A DNA stretch of 64,000 bases, from positions 17,732,001 through 17,796,000 of the forward strand of contig NC_043018.1 of assembly GCF_006345805.1 (NCBI RefSeq), read 5' to 3'. Under the pieces are notes generated by a model. It saw only the letters and a list, made by a program, of their open reading frames with translations. It was not told the DNA's origin and made no database searches. The translations under genes and the position numbers were made by a program. How positions within the stretch are numbered: position 1 is the first letter of the stretch; every line of letters begins with the position of its first letter. The DNA is from Octopus sinensis. Its lineage: Eukaryota. Positions 50,407-63,345 of the stretch are shown here, in pieces.

Positions 50407-50831
50407 CATCATCATCATTAGTATTACACAAAATATGAGAAGCTGATAGATGGATAATTTGCAGGCTATTCATCAGTTTTGTAAAACTGGAGTTCCTTGA
50501 GTAAGCTATTGTGGAATGCAGTAGCGTTATACATTAAAAATGTATAACATCCTGGAAATATTGAACATGAAAAAGCATTATTTGTCAAGATTTCTGTCAC
50601 TTTATTTTCTATATAACGAATGATTCCGTACTGGGAATATTTAGTGACGTAAAAGATTCGAAGAACAGCGGTTGTGACGCACGAGAATTTGGGGCTGTCC
50701 ATTAATTCACTTGTTGAGATCCCATGTTTCGCACGATGACAGGTGCTTCTTCCGATCATGCCAGATCCGCATATAATGATCCGACAATCATAATAGGGTA
50801 CAAAAAACGATGGAAAGAAGAAAAGACAGAT

Positions 50832-50881
<50 letters not shown>

Positions 50882-51159
50882 TTGTGAATATTCACAGCTT
50901 TCTCCTTTCATGTTTAGTAATATTTTTCATCACAAATTCTGCAAATAAAGATACATTTTAGTGTAGGACGCAATACAGCATGCATATGTCATCAAGTACA
51001 TACCTGACTATTGAATAATGTACACAAAGGGAGCGGAAACATTAAAGTCAATCACATTTGCATGCGTATACTTTAAAGGAAATCTATATAATGTAACACA
51101 GACATAGCCACACATACACACAAATATGCATGTTGAAATCTAACTCTCACCTTCTATAG

Positions 51160-51898
51160 GTGTATAGACTCATATATATATATTTATATATATATTATAT
51201 ATATATATATATATGTGTATATGTGTTGTATATATGTATATATGTGTATTGTATATATATATATAATATGTATACACTGTATATGTATATACGTATATGT
51301 GTATACATTGTATATGCATGTGTATGGTATGTATATGTATATGTATGTGTACGTTATATGTATGTATATTATGTGTGTGTGTGTGTGCATTATATATATA
51401 CATTATATGTATGTGCATTGTGTGTATGTATATTATATATGTATATGTTGTATATGTATATGTACATAGTATATATATAGATATATGTATATATGCATTA
51501 TATACATGTATATTATATGTATGTATGTTGTGTATATATATGTATACATGTGTATACATTATATGTATATATATGTATACATTGGTATGTGTATGTTAAG
51601 TGTATATGTGTTATATGTATGTATATATATATATACATTGTATGTATGTATATTGTGTGTATTTGTGTTACGTGTATGTATATGTATGTATACATTGTGC
51701 ATATGTATATGTATATATGTATATGCATTGTGTATATATATATGTATATATGTGTATATTGTATATGTGTAAGTTATTTGTATGTATATGTTGTGTGTGT
51801 GTTGTGTGTGTGTGTATATTATATGTATATATGTGTTGTATGTGTGTGTGTGTGGTGTATATATATGTGTGGTGTGTGTGTATGTAATGTATGATATG

Positions 51899-51931
<33 letters not shown>

Positions 51932-52570
51932 AGTGTGTATGTATGGACCGCACACACGCGTAGACACATGTATGCGTATATATACACACACAAAGACGCG
52001 TACACCCACACCATATATGCGCACACACACAGAAACATACTCAATACCAACACACGCAAAGCGCATATACACACATGCCACGCAGATACACCCAGCAGAC
52101 CTGGACACACATACGAACAAACACATACACACTAACGCACACGCAACGCACTAATAGACATTAACCACACACATACACACAAACGGGCACACATATACAC
52201 ACACCATCCTACCCTAAAAAATTCTTTAAATAACACACATCTATTTACACCACATCTATTTACACCACCCTGGAACAAATCAAAAACAGCCCCCCCCCCA
52301 CACACACAAACACATGTATACATATATATGCACACACACACTCACACCAATCTCACCTCCATACAGACACACATATACACACGCAGCACCATGCCAAATG
52401 CAATCCACACACATAAATACACACACACACACACACAACACCAAGACAACCACACACGCAGTTGACAAACGGACACACCATCCTACCAAATCTTACAGAC
52501 ACACAGACACATCTATTCACACCACATATGTATGTACACACACACAAAGACACACACACTCACCCCATCC
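51160..52570. repeat. 1.4-kb mosaic microsatellite: TG/TA-rich half then CA-rich half
   Basis: Direct; polarity switch near 51950. Confidence 0.9.
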
Positions 52571-52576
52571 TGACCC

Positions 52577-52731
52577 CTAAATCATTGATGCTTGAATGAG
52601 AGACAAAAAAGGGGTAAATTATTTTCATTTCCACATTACTCCTCCTTCTACGCTAAATCATTGATGCTTGAATGAGAGACAAAAAAGGGGTAAATTATTT
52701 TCAGTTCCACATTACTCCTCCTTCTACGCTA
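52577..52731. repeat. 76-bp tandem duplication (75/76 identical)
   Basis: CTAAATCATTGATGCTTGAATGAGAGAC... starts at 52577 and 52653. Confidence 0.95.
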
Positions 52732-52829
52732 CCATAGCGGACAGGTAGGTTTTAGCTCCGCCACTATTATAATGTAAATCTTTTTTGAACTCATAATATT
52801 CTGTACGTGTATACTGAACTTTTTTAATA

Positions 52830-53200
52830 ATTCCTTCTGGAAATTATCTTGAGAATGTATAATATATTTGTTGTAATCTTTTGTGCCCATTATTTCAATG
52901 AGCTTGTTAACCTTTTTTTATATTCTCAACATGCTCTTGTCACCAAAGATTGTATATTTATATGGATTGTAGTACTCTGTGTCAACCAATATTCTGTGCA
53001 TGTTTGAATATACAGATAAAATACCAATATCAATTCCTCCTGGAAACTATCTTAAGCATGTCCTTGAGAACGATTATTTATGTAGTAATCTTTTGTGCCC
53101 AATATTTTAAGGAACTTGTTGAACTCTTTTATGTCCTTAACATGTCCCTGTTACCAATGACTGTATATATGTAATGTAGCACTTTGTAACAACCAATTAT
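52830..53200. pseudogene. degenerate ~212-bp tandem repeat with codon-periodic divergence (possible decayed coding sequence)
   Basis: AATCTTTTGTGCCC at 52875 and 53087; substitutions concentrated at every third position in the core. Confidence 0.45.
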
Positions 53201-53348
53201 TAACGCAACCAAACCTCTACATGTTACATTTGACAATCTTTTTCCAAAGAGTGAAACCGGTAAAGTAAATAAACATCTTTTAAATTGCATTTTCAAACCT
53301 TCTTTCGTATATAATTTCACTCGTGCGGTACCACACAACTCTACTTTG

Positions 53349-53400
<52 letters not shown>

Positions 53401-53506
53401 TATATTATATATATATATATATATGTATGTATTTATATGTATATATATATGGTATGTATATATGTTTATGTGTGTGTGTGTGTGTGCGTGTGTGTGTATG
53501 TACTTT

Positions 53507-53564
53507 TTTATTTTATTTTATTTAGTTTCAGCTCACAAGCTGTGGCCATGCTGGGGCACCCGCC
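53507..53564 (-). mobile_element. isolated LINE/SINE 3' tail (variant of the family A tail)
   Basis: Minus: GGTGCCCCAGCATGGCCACAGCTTGTGAGCTGAAACTAAATAAAATAAAA. Confidence 0.6.
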
Positions 53565-53943
53565 ATAAATATACATGTATATATGTATATATATATATAT
53601 AATATTATAATATATATAATATATTATATATATATACACACATACGTACATACACATATACACAGCTTATATGAATTGACGTACAAACACAAATATACAT
53701 TTCTCAGCTTTGTTCTCTCCCTCTCTCTTCTTCCTTCCTCTCCTCCTCATATCTTTCTATCCCCTCGCTCTCTCTCTCTATATATATACATCATATATAT
53801 ATCTATATATATATATATATATATATCATATGTATATATGAATATGCATATATGTATATGCATATATATATATATATATAATTTATATATATATATATAT
53901 GCATGCATATGCATTTTAAGATATATATATATATATAGATATA

Positions 53944-53979
<36 letters not shown>

Positions 53980-54431
53980 ATATATATATATATGTATAAT
54001 ATATATATATATATGCATGAATATGTGTAAGTATATATGTATGTATGTGCGTACGTGTGCGTGTATATAACTTGTGATCATGTGATATGCATGTGCGTGA
54101 ATCTTGTGTGTGTGTGTGTGTGTTAGTATGTGTTTGTGTGGGCGTAAGAAGTTAGCATGTATGATATAAAGATAAAGAAGGAAAATTTATCTTGATGAAG
54201 GTTAAGTATAATGGTGTATTAACAGAGGCCAATGAAATGTTGGTGAAGTAGGAGTCATCAAGACTCCAATAAGGTGAGGTTTGTGGGGGTTAGGGATACA
54301 CTCTTCGGGTCTCCTTCAACGAACCGTATAAACTATATCATTGCATTTGCATATGAGATGACGGTTGAAACCTCTGTGAAGTTTGTAGAAATATTTCAGA
54401 GCTACTGAATAATAGAATAGTTACGTTCAGA

Positions 54432-54819
54432 GTGGAGGCGCAATGGCCCAGTGGTTAGGGCAGCGGACTCGCGGTCGTAGGATCGCGGTTTCGATTCCCA
54501 GACCGGGCATTGTGAGTGTTTACTGAACGAAAACACCTAAAGCTCCACAAGGCTCCGGCAGGGGGTGGTTGTGATCCCTGCTGTACTCTTTCACCACAAC
54601 TTTCTCTCACTCTTCCTGTTTCTGTTGTACCTGTATTTCAAAGGGCCGGCCTTATCACTCTCTGTGTCACGCTGAATTTCCCCGAGAATTACGTTAAGAG
54701 TACACGTGTCTGTGCTGTGGAGTGCTCAGCCACTTACACGTTAATTTCACGAGCAGGCTGTTCCCTTGATCGGATCAACCGGAACCCTCGTCGTCGTAAC
54801 CGACGGAGTGCTTCCACAA
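54432..54819 (+). mobile_element. SINE family C with 11-bp TSD
   Basis: Near-identical to 27886; TTACGTTCAGA (54421-54431) vs TTACATTCAGA (54820-54830). Confidence 0.92.
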
Positions 54820-55221
54820 TTACATTCAGATTAAACATACATAGGTATATCCACACATACGAACACATACATATAAATACATACATACACACGCATACAC
54901 ACTCACACATATAATCATGCATAATAGAACCAGGTGGTGCTATTAAGCACCTGACATGGGCCTATAGTGGCCAAGAACCTAAGTTAACTAAGTTTTATAT
55001 ACACCGTGAAGAAGGAGTTACTTTGACAGTTTTAGACTTTTTGTTGCAATAATTTCATAATCTATTTTTCAAGCTTAACGAAATTTGACTATGTTAGGGG
55101 GGCTAAATAAATAAACAGATACATAAAATGAAAAATAATTTGCAGTCAATATTTGATTACTTTTTTATATAAATGTCGCTGTTCAAAGTAACACCAAATC
55201 AGGGGATTATTTGAAAGTAAT

Positions 55222-55642
55222 TACTCTTTACTCTTTTACTTGCTTCAGTCATTTGACTGCGGCCATGCTGGAGCACCGCCTTTAATCGAGCAACTCGACC
55301 CCGGGACTTCTTCTTTTTTTTTTGTAAGCCCAGTACTTATTCTATCAGTCTCTTCTGCCGAACCGCTAAGTAACGGGGACATAAACACATCAGCATCGGT
55401 CGTTAAGCAATGCTAGGGGTACAAACACAGACACACAAACACACACACGCATATACATATATATATATATATACATATATACGACGGGCTTCTTTCATTT
55501 TCCGTCTACCAAATCCACTCACAAGACTTTGGTCGGCCCGAGGCTATAGTAGAAGACACCTTGCGGAAGGTGCCACGCAGTGGGACTGAACCCAGAACCA
55601 TGTGGTTGGTAAACAAGCTACTTACCACACAGCCACTCCCGC
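55222..55642 (-). mobile_element. SINE family A
   Basis: Reverse complement of family A. Confidence 0.92.
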
Positions 55643-56427
55643 TTTTTTTTTTTTTTTTTTTTTTTCTTTTACTAATGTTCAGAAGTTGAATATGTTATTT
55701 GGAGGGATAAGTCAACCATCAACTGTAAGAGATGTTTTTAAGTGCTGAAAGTACGAGGATGGTTCTGGAGCACCTAAACATACTCTGGATCTTATGATAT
55801 TTTGGCACAGGAGTGATACTAATTGGGATTTGTTTCGCTTTTAAAAATGAATTAACCCCATTCAGCTGAAGGAAAATCATTTTAAAATTGCGGTACTCTT
55901 CAAACTCGAGCTGTGATATAAAGCAGAAACAAAATAATATATTTGTTCATAGTAAACTCATTTAACGGTATGTATATATATATATTCTTACTGGATGCCA
56001 TCTGCGTAGTATAAACGACAATACTATGTGATACTACTTCTAATGATAGAGAGAAGCCACGCTAGCCACAGAGAAAGATAAACATGTGAATTAGGAGGTG
56101 TAAATATATGACTCGATATTTCGTTTTCTGCTGATAATGTGGATATTGAAATTTGCGAACTATGGAACTGCAGAAACTTTCACCAATATCACTTCACTCA
56201 GCGGATGATATCGGGAATATCAAGTAATATGAATAATGCATTAGTGAATTTTACCTGTTTATACATATGGAAAGAAAAATCCAGTAGGAAAAATAACATG
56301 CACATATTAATATATATATACCTATATATATACCTATATATATATGTATATGTGTGTTTGTGTTTATGCACATATAATATATACATACATCACAAATCAC
56401 AAACACACACACACACACACAATATAT

Positions 56428-56474
<47 letters not shown>

Positions 56475-56652
56475 CATACATACAATGTATACATACATAC
56501 ACATTACAGTTGAAAAGTCTCAAAGTCTGAACCGGTACGGCAATGTCTTTTATGAAACTATTTTAGCATTTTCTATTTTGACTTTTCTTTACACACACAC
56601 ACCCACACACACACACACCACATACACACAATATATAATATATATATATATT

Positions 56653-56695
<43 letters not shown>

Positions 56696-56850
56696 TTCAG
56701 AATTTCAGTGGCAACACCGTCGAGCTTTGAAGTAGTAACGGCTGTTAGAGGGGATAAAGTCTATTTGTATTAAAAAATAATAATCAATGTTAGTCAATTG
56801 TTGTTGATCAATATTTCTCCATTTTCGTTACTTAAACCATATATATATAA

Positions 56851-56898
<48 letters not shown>

Positions 56899-56904
56899 TA
56901 TATA

Positions 56905-57225
56905 ATTCTTTCATTCTTTCAGTCATTTGACTTATTCTATCGGCCTCTTTTGCCAAGCCACCAAGTTACGGGGACTCATACACACCAACATTTGTTGTAT
57001 AGCGATGAGGCCGGGGACAAAGAAAGACATACAAACATATACATACATATATAATTTGTATACGACAGGTTTGCTTTAGTTCCCGTCAACCAAATCCACT
57101 CACAAGCCTTTGTTCGGCCTGAGGGTATAGTAGAACATAATTGCCCAAGGTGCAACGCAGTGGCACCGAAACCAGAACCACGTCGTTTGTGAGCAAGCTT
57201 CTTACCACACAGCCACTCCTGCGCC
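56905..57225 (-). mobile_element. diverged SINE family A with internal deletion
   Basis: CATTTGAC joined to TTATTCTATCGG; intact head CTTACCACACAGCCACTCCTGCGCC. Confidence 0.8.
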
Positions 57226-57943
57226 TATCTATACATACATATATACCTATAATATATATATATGGTGTGTGTGTATGTGTGTGTGTATAGAAAGATAGAG
57301 AGAGAGAGAGATTGATAATATATTATATATATGCATACATACATACATACATAGATCCACATATATGTTTATAGACATATGTGTGTGTTTGTGTGTGAGT
57401 GTGTGTGTGTGTGTATGTGGTGTGTGTGTGTGTGCGTGTGTGTGTGTGTCTGAGCTGTTTTGTATGGATTCCACCTACCATATTTCTCACAAAACCTAAT
57501 ATTCAATCCGAACCGTAGAAGAAGGACACGCGCAGAACAACGTGGTAGCGAATAAAACTGTTTAACAATAGTTTTTTTTTTTTTCCTTTGATTATGTTTT
57601 AGCCGTTTCTAACCTGGGAGGTAGAAAGATTCAGAATGGAAACAAAGACAGCTCTGGTGTTTTCGTCAGCAAGAAAATACCGAAACAGACAGGAATATAT
57701 ATCTCATTTCGATATTAAACAAGATGTATTAATTGCGAGCATAATTTTAGCGACTATAATGTTACTAGAGATTCTAATATTACAACAAAATATTTTCTAT
57801 TATTAACCTAACGATGTACATATATAAGTTTCATGATTGCGACGAAACGCAGACATTTAGGCGCACACTCTCAAGCCACACACACACACACACACATATA
57901 GATGGCTAGATTGATTCATAGATAGATAAACAATTGTAGATAT

Positions 57944-58100
57944 AGGAGTGGCTGTGTGGTAAGTAGCTTGCTAACCAACCACATGGTTCTGGGTTCAGTC
58001 CCACTGCGTCGCATCTTGGGCAAGTGTCTTCTGCTATAGCCCCGGTCCGACCAATGACTTGCGAGTGGATTTGGTAGACGGAACTGAAAGAAGCCTGTCG

Positions 58101-58145
<45 letters not shown>

Positions 58146-58351
58146 ATGTATGTGTTGTGTGTGTTGTGTGTCTGTGTTTGTCCCCCTAGCATTGCTTGAT
58201 AACCGATATTGGTGTGCTTACGTCCCCGTCACTTAGCGGTCGGCAAAAGAGACCGATAGAATAAGTCCCAGGGTCGATTTGCTCGACTAAATGCGGTGCT
58301 CCAGCATGGCCGCAGTCAAATGACTGAAACAAGTAAAGGAGTAAAAGAGTA
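57944..58351 (+). mobile_element. SINE family A with deletion between AGAATAAGT repeats
   Basis: GACCGATAGAATAAGTCCCAGGGTCGA lacks ACTGGGCTTACAAAAGAATAAGT. Confidence 0.9.
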
Positions 58352-58666
58352 ACCATATAATACTATCCTTCCTAAACACTATGCCAAAACATTAGAGGGA
58401 GCTCCATGGGGTGGGGTTGGATGTGTTCGAGAAACGACTTGCTATCCAAGATCCCATATGAACCAATATCAAGATAGGAAACTCAAACGAGGGAAGCAGT
58501 GTCGAACGCCCTCCATCACCTAAAGCCAATCACATAGCAGTGGCCAATTAAAAGGAGATTACACTGGTGGTGCCCCAGGATGTCCACAGTATTAGGGATA
58601 AAACATACAAAGGAAGAAAAGAATATAGCTTTATGATTCTATGTACTCATATGAACACACATATCA

Positions 58667-58700
<34 letters not shown>

Positions 58701-58710
58701 TATATATATG

Positions 58711-58912
58711 AAGGTTAATCCAAAAATGAAAGCACAAAAAAATACAACAACGCGAGGACGTGGAACAAATATAGTATTATTGGACGCTCAGGAAAGAAGG
58801 AGGGTTTAACGTTTTGAGCGGAACTCTTCGTCAGAAACATGAGAACAGGAAAGATCCAGAGAAGGGATGACAGAGGGAAAAAAAATCGCCAACGGTACAC
58901 ACGCGGTCACAT
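58711..58912 (-). mobile_element. ~200-bp element with hammerhead motif, next to (TA)n
   Basis: Highly similar to 40885-41085. Confidence 0.75.
58804..58838 (-). ncRNA. minimal type I hammerhead motif (G12 to A)
   Basis: GUUU-CUGACGA-A-GAGU(UCC)GCUC-AAAA-CG-UU-AAAC. Confidence 0.6.
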
Positions 58913-59029
58913 TTTGAATGCAGGATTTTGAATTCATATATATATATATATATGAATATACGGGTACAGGCAGGACACCACCATATTAAATACGAAAGCA
59001 AATGATTTCAATACGCAAACAACCTGAGA

Positions 59030-59560
59030 AACAAATGGAAACCAGGACAAGTAACATAAAGAATGACCCTTCATCAGTTGTCGGCTGTCTATCTACTCCT
59101 CATTTCGAGCAGTGAACGTCAATATAAGTGTTAGAAGACATATGCTCCCATATATACCAAAATAGAATTTGGGATTTTGCAGGGTTAAATTTGGGAACAA
59201 AAACAGGACAGTGGAAACCGAACGCAAAAAAAACAAAAAACAAGAAGGGTTGTTAGACAAGAACGAGGATAAAATAGCGAATACTGGAGAAATATTTTCT
59301 TTGACAAGAGAAAAGATAGAATAGACAGACAGGTTACGCCCAGTCTATAGGACGACACTGATCGCGTGAGGAAAAGAATGATGTACGATGTTTTCGTGTG
59401 AGCAACGAAAGAGAGTACAGGAGAAAGAGAGGGGAGAGAGAGAGAGACAGATAGACAACGGAGAAGGGGAGAAAAAAGGAATTAGAGAAAAGGAGGAGAG
59501 AGAAAACGATTTGGGGAAAAACAGTATATATGAGCGAGATGTAAACAGTAGCAGCACGAC
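59030..59560. repeat. unclassified interspersed repeat, homologous (inverted) to 26940-27450
   Basis: Reverse complement GACAACTGATGAAGGGTCATTCTTTATGTTAC matches 27373-27405. Confidence 0.5.
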
Positions 59561-59616
59561 AGCGTGAAGTATATTTTGCACCTAGATATGGTTGACCCAT
59601 ATGGGACGATGCTATT

Positions 59617-59710
59617 GTGGTTTATAGGCCCAGGAAGACATCTCCTCTAGCTGGCTAACGACACACTGTCTGTGCCGGATCTGTATTTGCGAAAGGGAAT
59701 CATCGTTCCT
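59617..59710 (-). mobile_element. diverged copy of the 45785 element
   Basis: GCCCAGGAAGACATCTCCTCTAGCTGGCT..CACACTGTCTGTGCC. Confidence 0.45.
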
Positions 59711-60755
59711 ATCTCTATAAAATGTTTCTAATATAACAATTTAAATATATTCTTTAATCATATAACACTATCCTTCTGTAGTATTTTCACTCTTTTTTGT
59801 CTTTTATACAACCAACCACGTGCTTTCACATACCACCTATCTCACCTATATATACATATATATAGACAGAGAGAGAGAGATACACATAAATACATACACA
59901 CATTGCGAGTATTCTTCTGCAGGTACATGGGAACACTCACTGATACACTATGACACATTTACACGGCTCAGACATATATATACTTAGAGACAGACCGATA
60001 GATAATAAATAGATTGAGTGATATGTGTGCAGAAAGATATAGACATACACATATATGTATGTGTGTCTTATATGTATATATAAGACATTATATATACGTG
60101 TGCGTGTGAGTGTGTGTGTGTGTGTGTTTGTATGTACGTATGCACTTATGTATACTGCGCAAATATTCATTCGTTGTCAATATAAAAAAGCACTCAATGA
60201 CATAATTTAATCGTTTGTTTTCACGTCTGCTTTTAATTTTCCTTTCTCGAATTGCTTATTCTGTGTTGTTTATTTCTCCATTCTAAATTGGCAATCATTT
60301 GCGTTGTTTCATTTACAGACAAATTGGATACTATTAAACTATATAACATAACCTACATTGAGTCCTGTACTGACTACTTCTACAACTACTACTACTAAGA
60401 TGAGGAGGAGGAGTAGTAGTTTGGAGCTCTGCTGCTGTTGATGCTGATGCGGAATCGGCTTTTGAAGTTTAAACATTAATGAGGAAGGCATATTCGAGCA
60501 AATTTCAAAGAAAGAAAGGTAAAGAAAAAAAAAAGAAGAAAACAAGTAGAAAAAATGAATCTAAGAAACCAGGAAAGAGAACATTTATTCTTCACAGAAT
60601 TAAAATTAAGCAAACCTTTTAGAAAAGCTGTTTCTTCATAGTATAACAGGGGTACTACTACTACTATTACTACAAGTACTTCTATTACGTCTGCTAGTAT
60701 TTCTTCAGTTACTGATACCCGTGCTTCTGTTGCTGCTGTTAATAAAAACAATCAA

Positions 60756-60804
60756 TTCTACTATAGGCACAAGGCCTGACATTTGAGGGGAGGGTACTAG
60801 TCGA
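60756..60804 (-). mobile_element. SINE family B tail type 2 fragment
   Basis: TTCTACTATAGGCACAAGGCCTGACATTTGAGGGGAGGG matches 36577-36625. Confidence 0.6.
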
Positions 60805-60930
60805 GTATTGCCCTTACCATGCGATAACATTCTCTTCTGAACCTTACCTTTATCATAGAATGTTTGATTCCATCACTTTCAAATACCCTTTGGGATTTGT
60901 AGCTCTCCATTATTATTATTATCATTATTT

Positions 60931-61355
60931 ATTGTGGTTACGTAGCTTCTGTCGCTGGAAATGTACTACGGTGCCAGCTGTTCACTACCTGTGAACTAAA
61001 ATTACACCTCTTAGTTTTTGAGCACCATCCAGAGTATTCGCGGAGTTCCAAGTAGCACTGTTTTCTGCAAGTGCTCCACCCTTATTGCAGCCCCTATTTG
61101 TTCCATGTACGTCTCAAGATTTTTACTCACTACTACCATCTTTTTCTCGACCACAACTGCTTAACCTCCCAAGCTAACCTGTCATATCTATCGACTTTTC
61201 TTTTTTTCCTTATCGTCAGCTGGGCATGTTTTATCCATGATACAGCATCGTTTGCTATCTTTCTCAATTAACTCTATCTCATTGTCGCACTGAATCACTA
61301 AATCCCATAGGATCTTTGCATTATCAGTTTTTATGATGCCTTCTGGTTTATGTTC
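60931..61355 (-). mobile_element. older 5'-truncated R4/Dong-type LINE (endonuclease + 3' UTR) in (TAA)n
   Basis: HKPEGIIKTDNAKILWDLVIQCDNEI..CCIMDKTCPADD..RYDRLAWEVKQLW..HLQKTVLLGTPRIL; (TAA)n at 60910-60933 and a short AATAATAAT at 61363-61370. Confidence 0.8.
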
Positions 61356-61364
61356 GTTGAAAAT

Positions 61365-61370
61365 AATAAT

Positions 61371-61403
<33 letters not shown>

Positions 61404-61492
61404 CACCACTACTACTACTACTACTACCACCATCACCACCACTACTACCACTACAACTACTACTACTACTTCTACTACTACTGCTGCTGCTG

Positions 61493-61534
<42 letters not shown>

Positions 61535-61535
61535 T
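61365..61535. repeat. (TAC)/(CAC)/(TGC) triplet array
   Basis: Direct. Confidence 0.95.
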
Positions 61536-61799
61536 TGAGTTCCAATACTGCCTATGTTGACATTATATTTCATTCCGTTTAAGTCGATAAAATAAGTAGC
61601 AGGTGGGCGTGGGGTGTGTGGTCAACATCGGCACTATTGGCTCAATTATCCCACTCCCGTTAAATTACTGGCTATATGCCAGGATTTTAGACAGTTTTAC
61701 ACAATTTTAGATAAACTATTGTTGATAACGTTGTTGTTAATGTCACTTTTGCAAATTTTCTGATACGAGTAAAATGGATTCCACCTGCGATGCAATTAT

Positions 61800-62014
61800 G
61801 ATATGAGAAGAGGAAGGTGAAGGAGAAGGTGAAGAAGAAGAAGAAGAAGAGAAGAAGAAGAAGAAGAAGAAGATGGAGAGGATGAAGAAGAAAAAGAAAA
61901 TGAAGAAGGAGAAGAAAAGGAAGAAGAAGAAGAAGAAGAAGAAGAAGAAGAAGAAGAAGAAGAAGAAGAAGAAGAAGAAGAAGAAGAAGAAGAAGAAGAA
62001 GAAGAAGAAGAAGA
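61800..62014. repeat. (GAA)n array
   Basis: Direct. Confidence 0.95.
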
Positions 62015-62995
62015 ATGTCGAACATTGACACTAAAAAACAGACAAACCATAAAACTGATTAGGAAAGCATACCTGAGGTAAGAAGTGATTTGTTTCATAA
62101 CTTTGAAAGAGATAAAGGAAATTATAAAGACTAATCTAAGAAATAACGTAATAAAAGCGATATGACAGAAAATAATATCCTGGAATTGCGGGAGTAAGTG
62201 TAGCAGAATAAAATAAACAGATAACAAATGAGATGTTTTAGAGAAAAACAAACAAATATATAATGATAGCTAACATTAATAAAATAATTATAGACTGATA
62301 AAAAAAAAAAAAACGAAAGACTTATGTCAACGCAGTGATGGTTGAGGAGAAGATAGAGAGATCGACTGGCGTCTTTTCGATTATGCTTGCTTATGGAAAA
62401 GTGAAATATTATGTTGATTTAGATGGACGAAAACAATTCTATGAACGGAACGAAAGAAGAGAAACGAAGAACGCATGAAAGATAAATGGTAACAAATAAG
62501 TATTCTCGAATTTCTATGGAATACATTCCGCCAACCTTAATTTTTTTGCTTTGCGTTTTTCTTATTATATCTACCGGTATATTTCTTTTTTTACCTATAA
62601 CATTTCTATTAGAAAACACTTAAGTCTATTGTTATATAAACCACTTTGTTACCACAAGTATTGATCACCTGCAAAGATCACTGCGAGGAAATAGTAATAA
62701 ATATCGGAAAAAATATGATTCGATATATCTGGTAAAGAAACAACAATAGGAGGAAAACGAATGAAAAAAAACTGAAAATTTTGTATATCGATTTGATTGA
62801 CCAAATATTACAGTTATATTTTGAAGAAAATATTTCCAGTGCTAGTGGCAGCGATAGTGGTTGTTTTGTGGTAGTGGTAGTGGTGGTAATAGTATTGTCT
62901 GCATAAAGAACGTTGACATTTGCTTAAGTGAGAAGTTTGCAGTAAATAAAGACGCCAGAAGTTATTGAAAGGGAAAGAAAATAATCGGTTAATTG

Positions 62996-63345
62996 TTGCT
63001 GTAGTTTGAAATTTTGAGACAATTAACCATTTTTTTTTTTTAATTAAACGTTTCATTCAGTGTAGTCTGCCATTGTCTTCAGTCTCAATATTTCAGTAGG
63101 TGTAAAATGAACTGAATTTCACTGAGCCAAAGCAACTAGGCAGAAGGTTATTGTTCGTACTCACATATTTGCTGTAGTTTGAAATTTTGAGACAATTAGC
63201 CATTTTTTTTTTTTTGAATTTGACGTTTCATTCAGTGTAGTCTGCCATTGTCTTCTGTCTCAATATTTTAGTAGGTGTAAAATGAACTGAGTTTCACTGA
63301 GCCAAAGCAACTAGGCAGAAGATTATTGTTGGTACTCACATATTT
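62996..63345. repeat. ~174-bp tandem duplication
   Basis: GCTGTAGTTTGAAATTTTGAGACAATT at 62998 and 63171; few substitutions. Confidence 0.95.

Noticed and set aside
57450-57560. Very old family A head on the minus strand
   Set aside because: Similarity too low to call with confidence.
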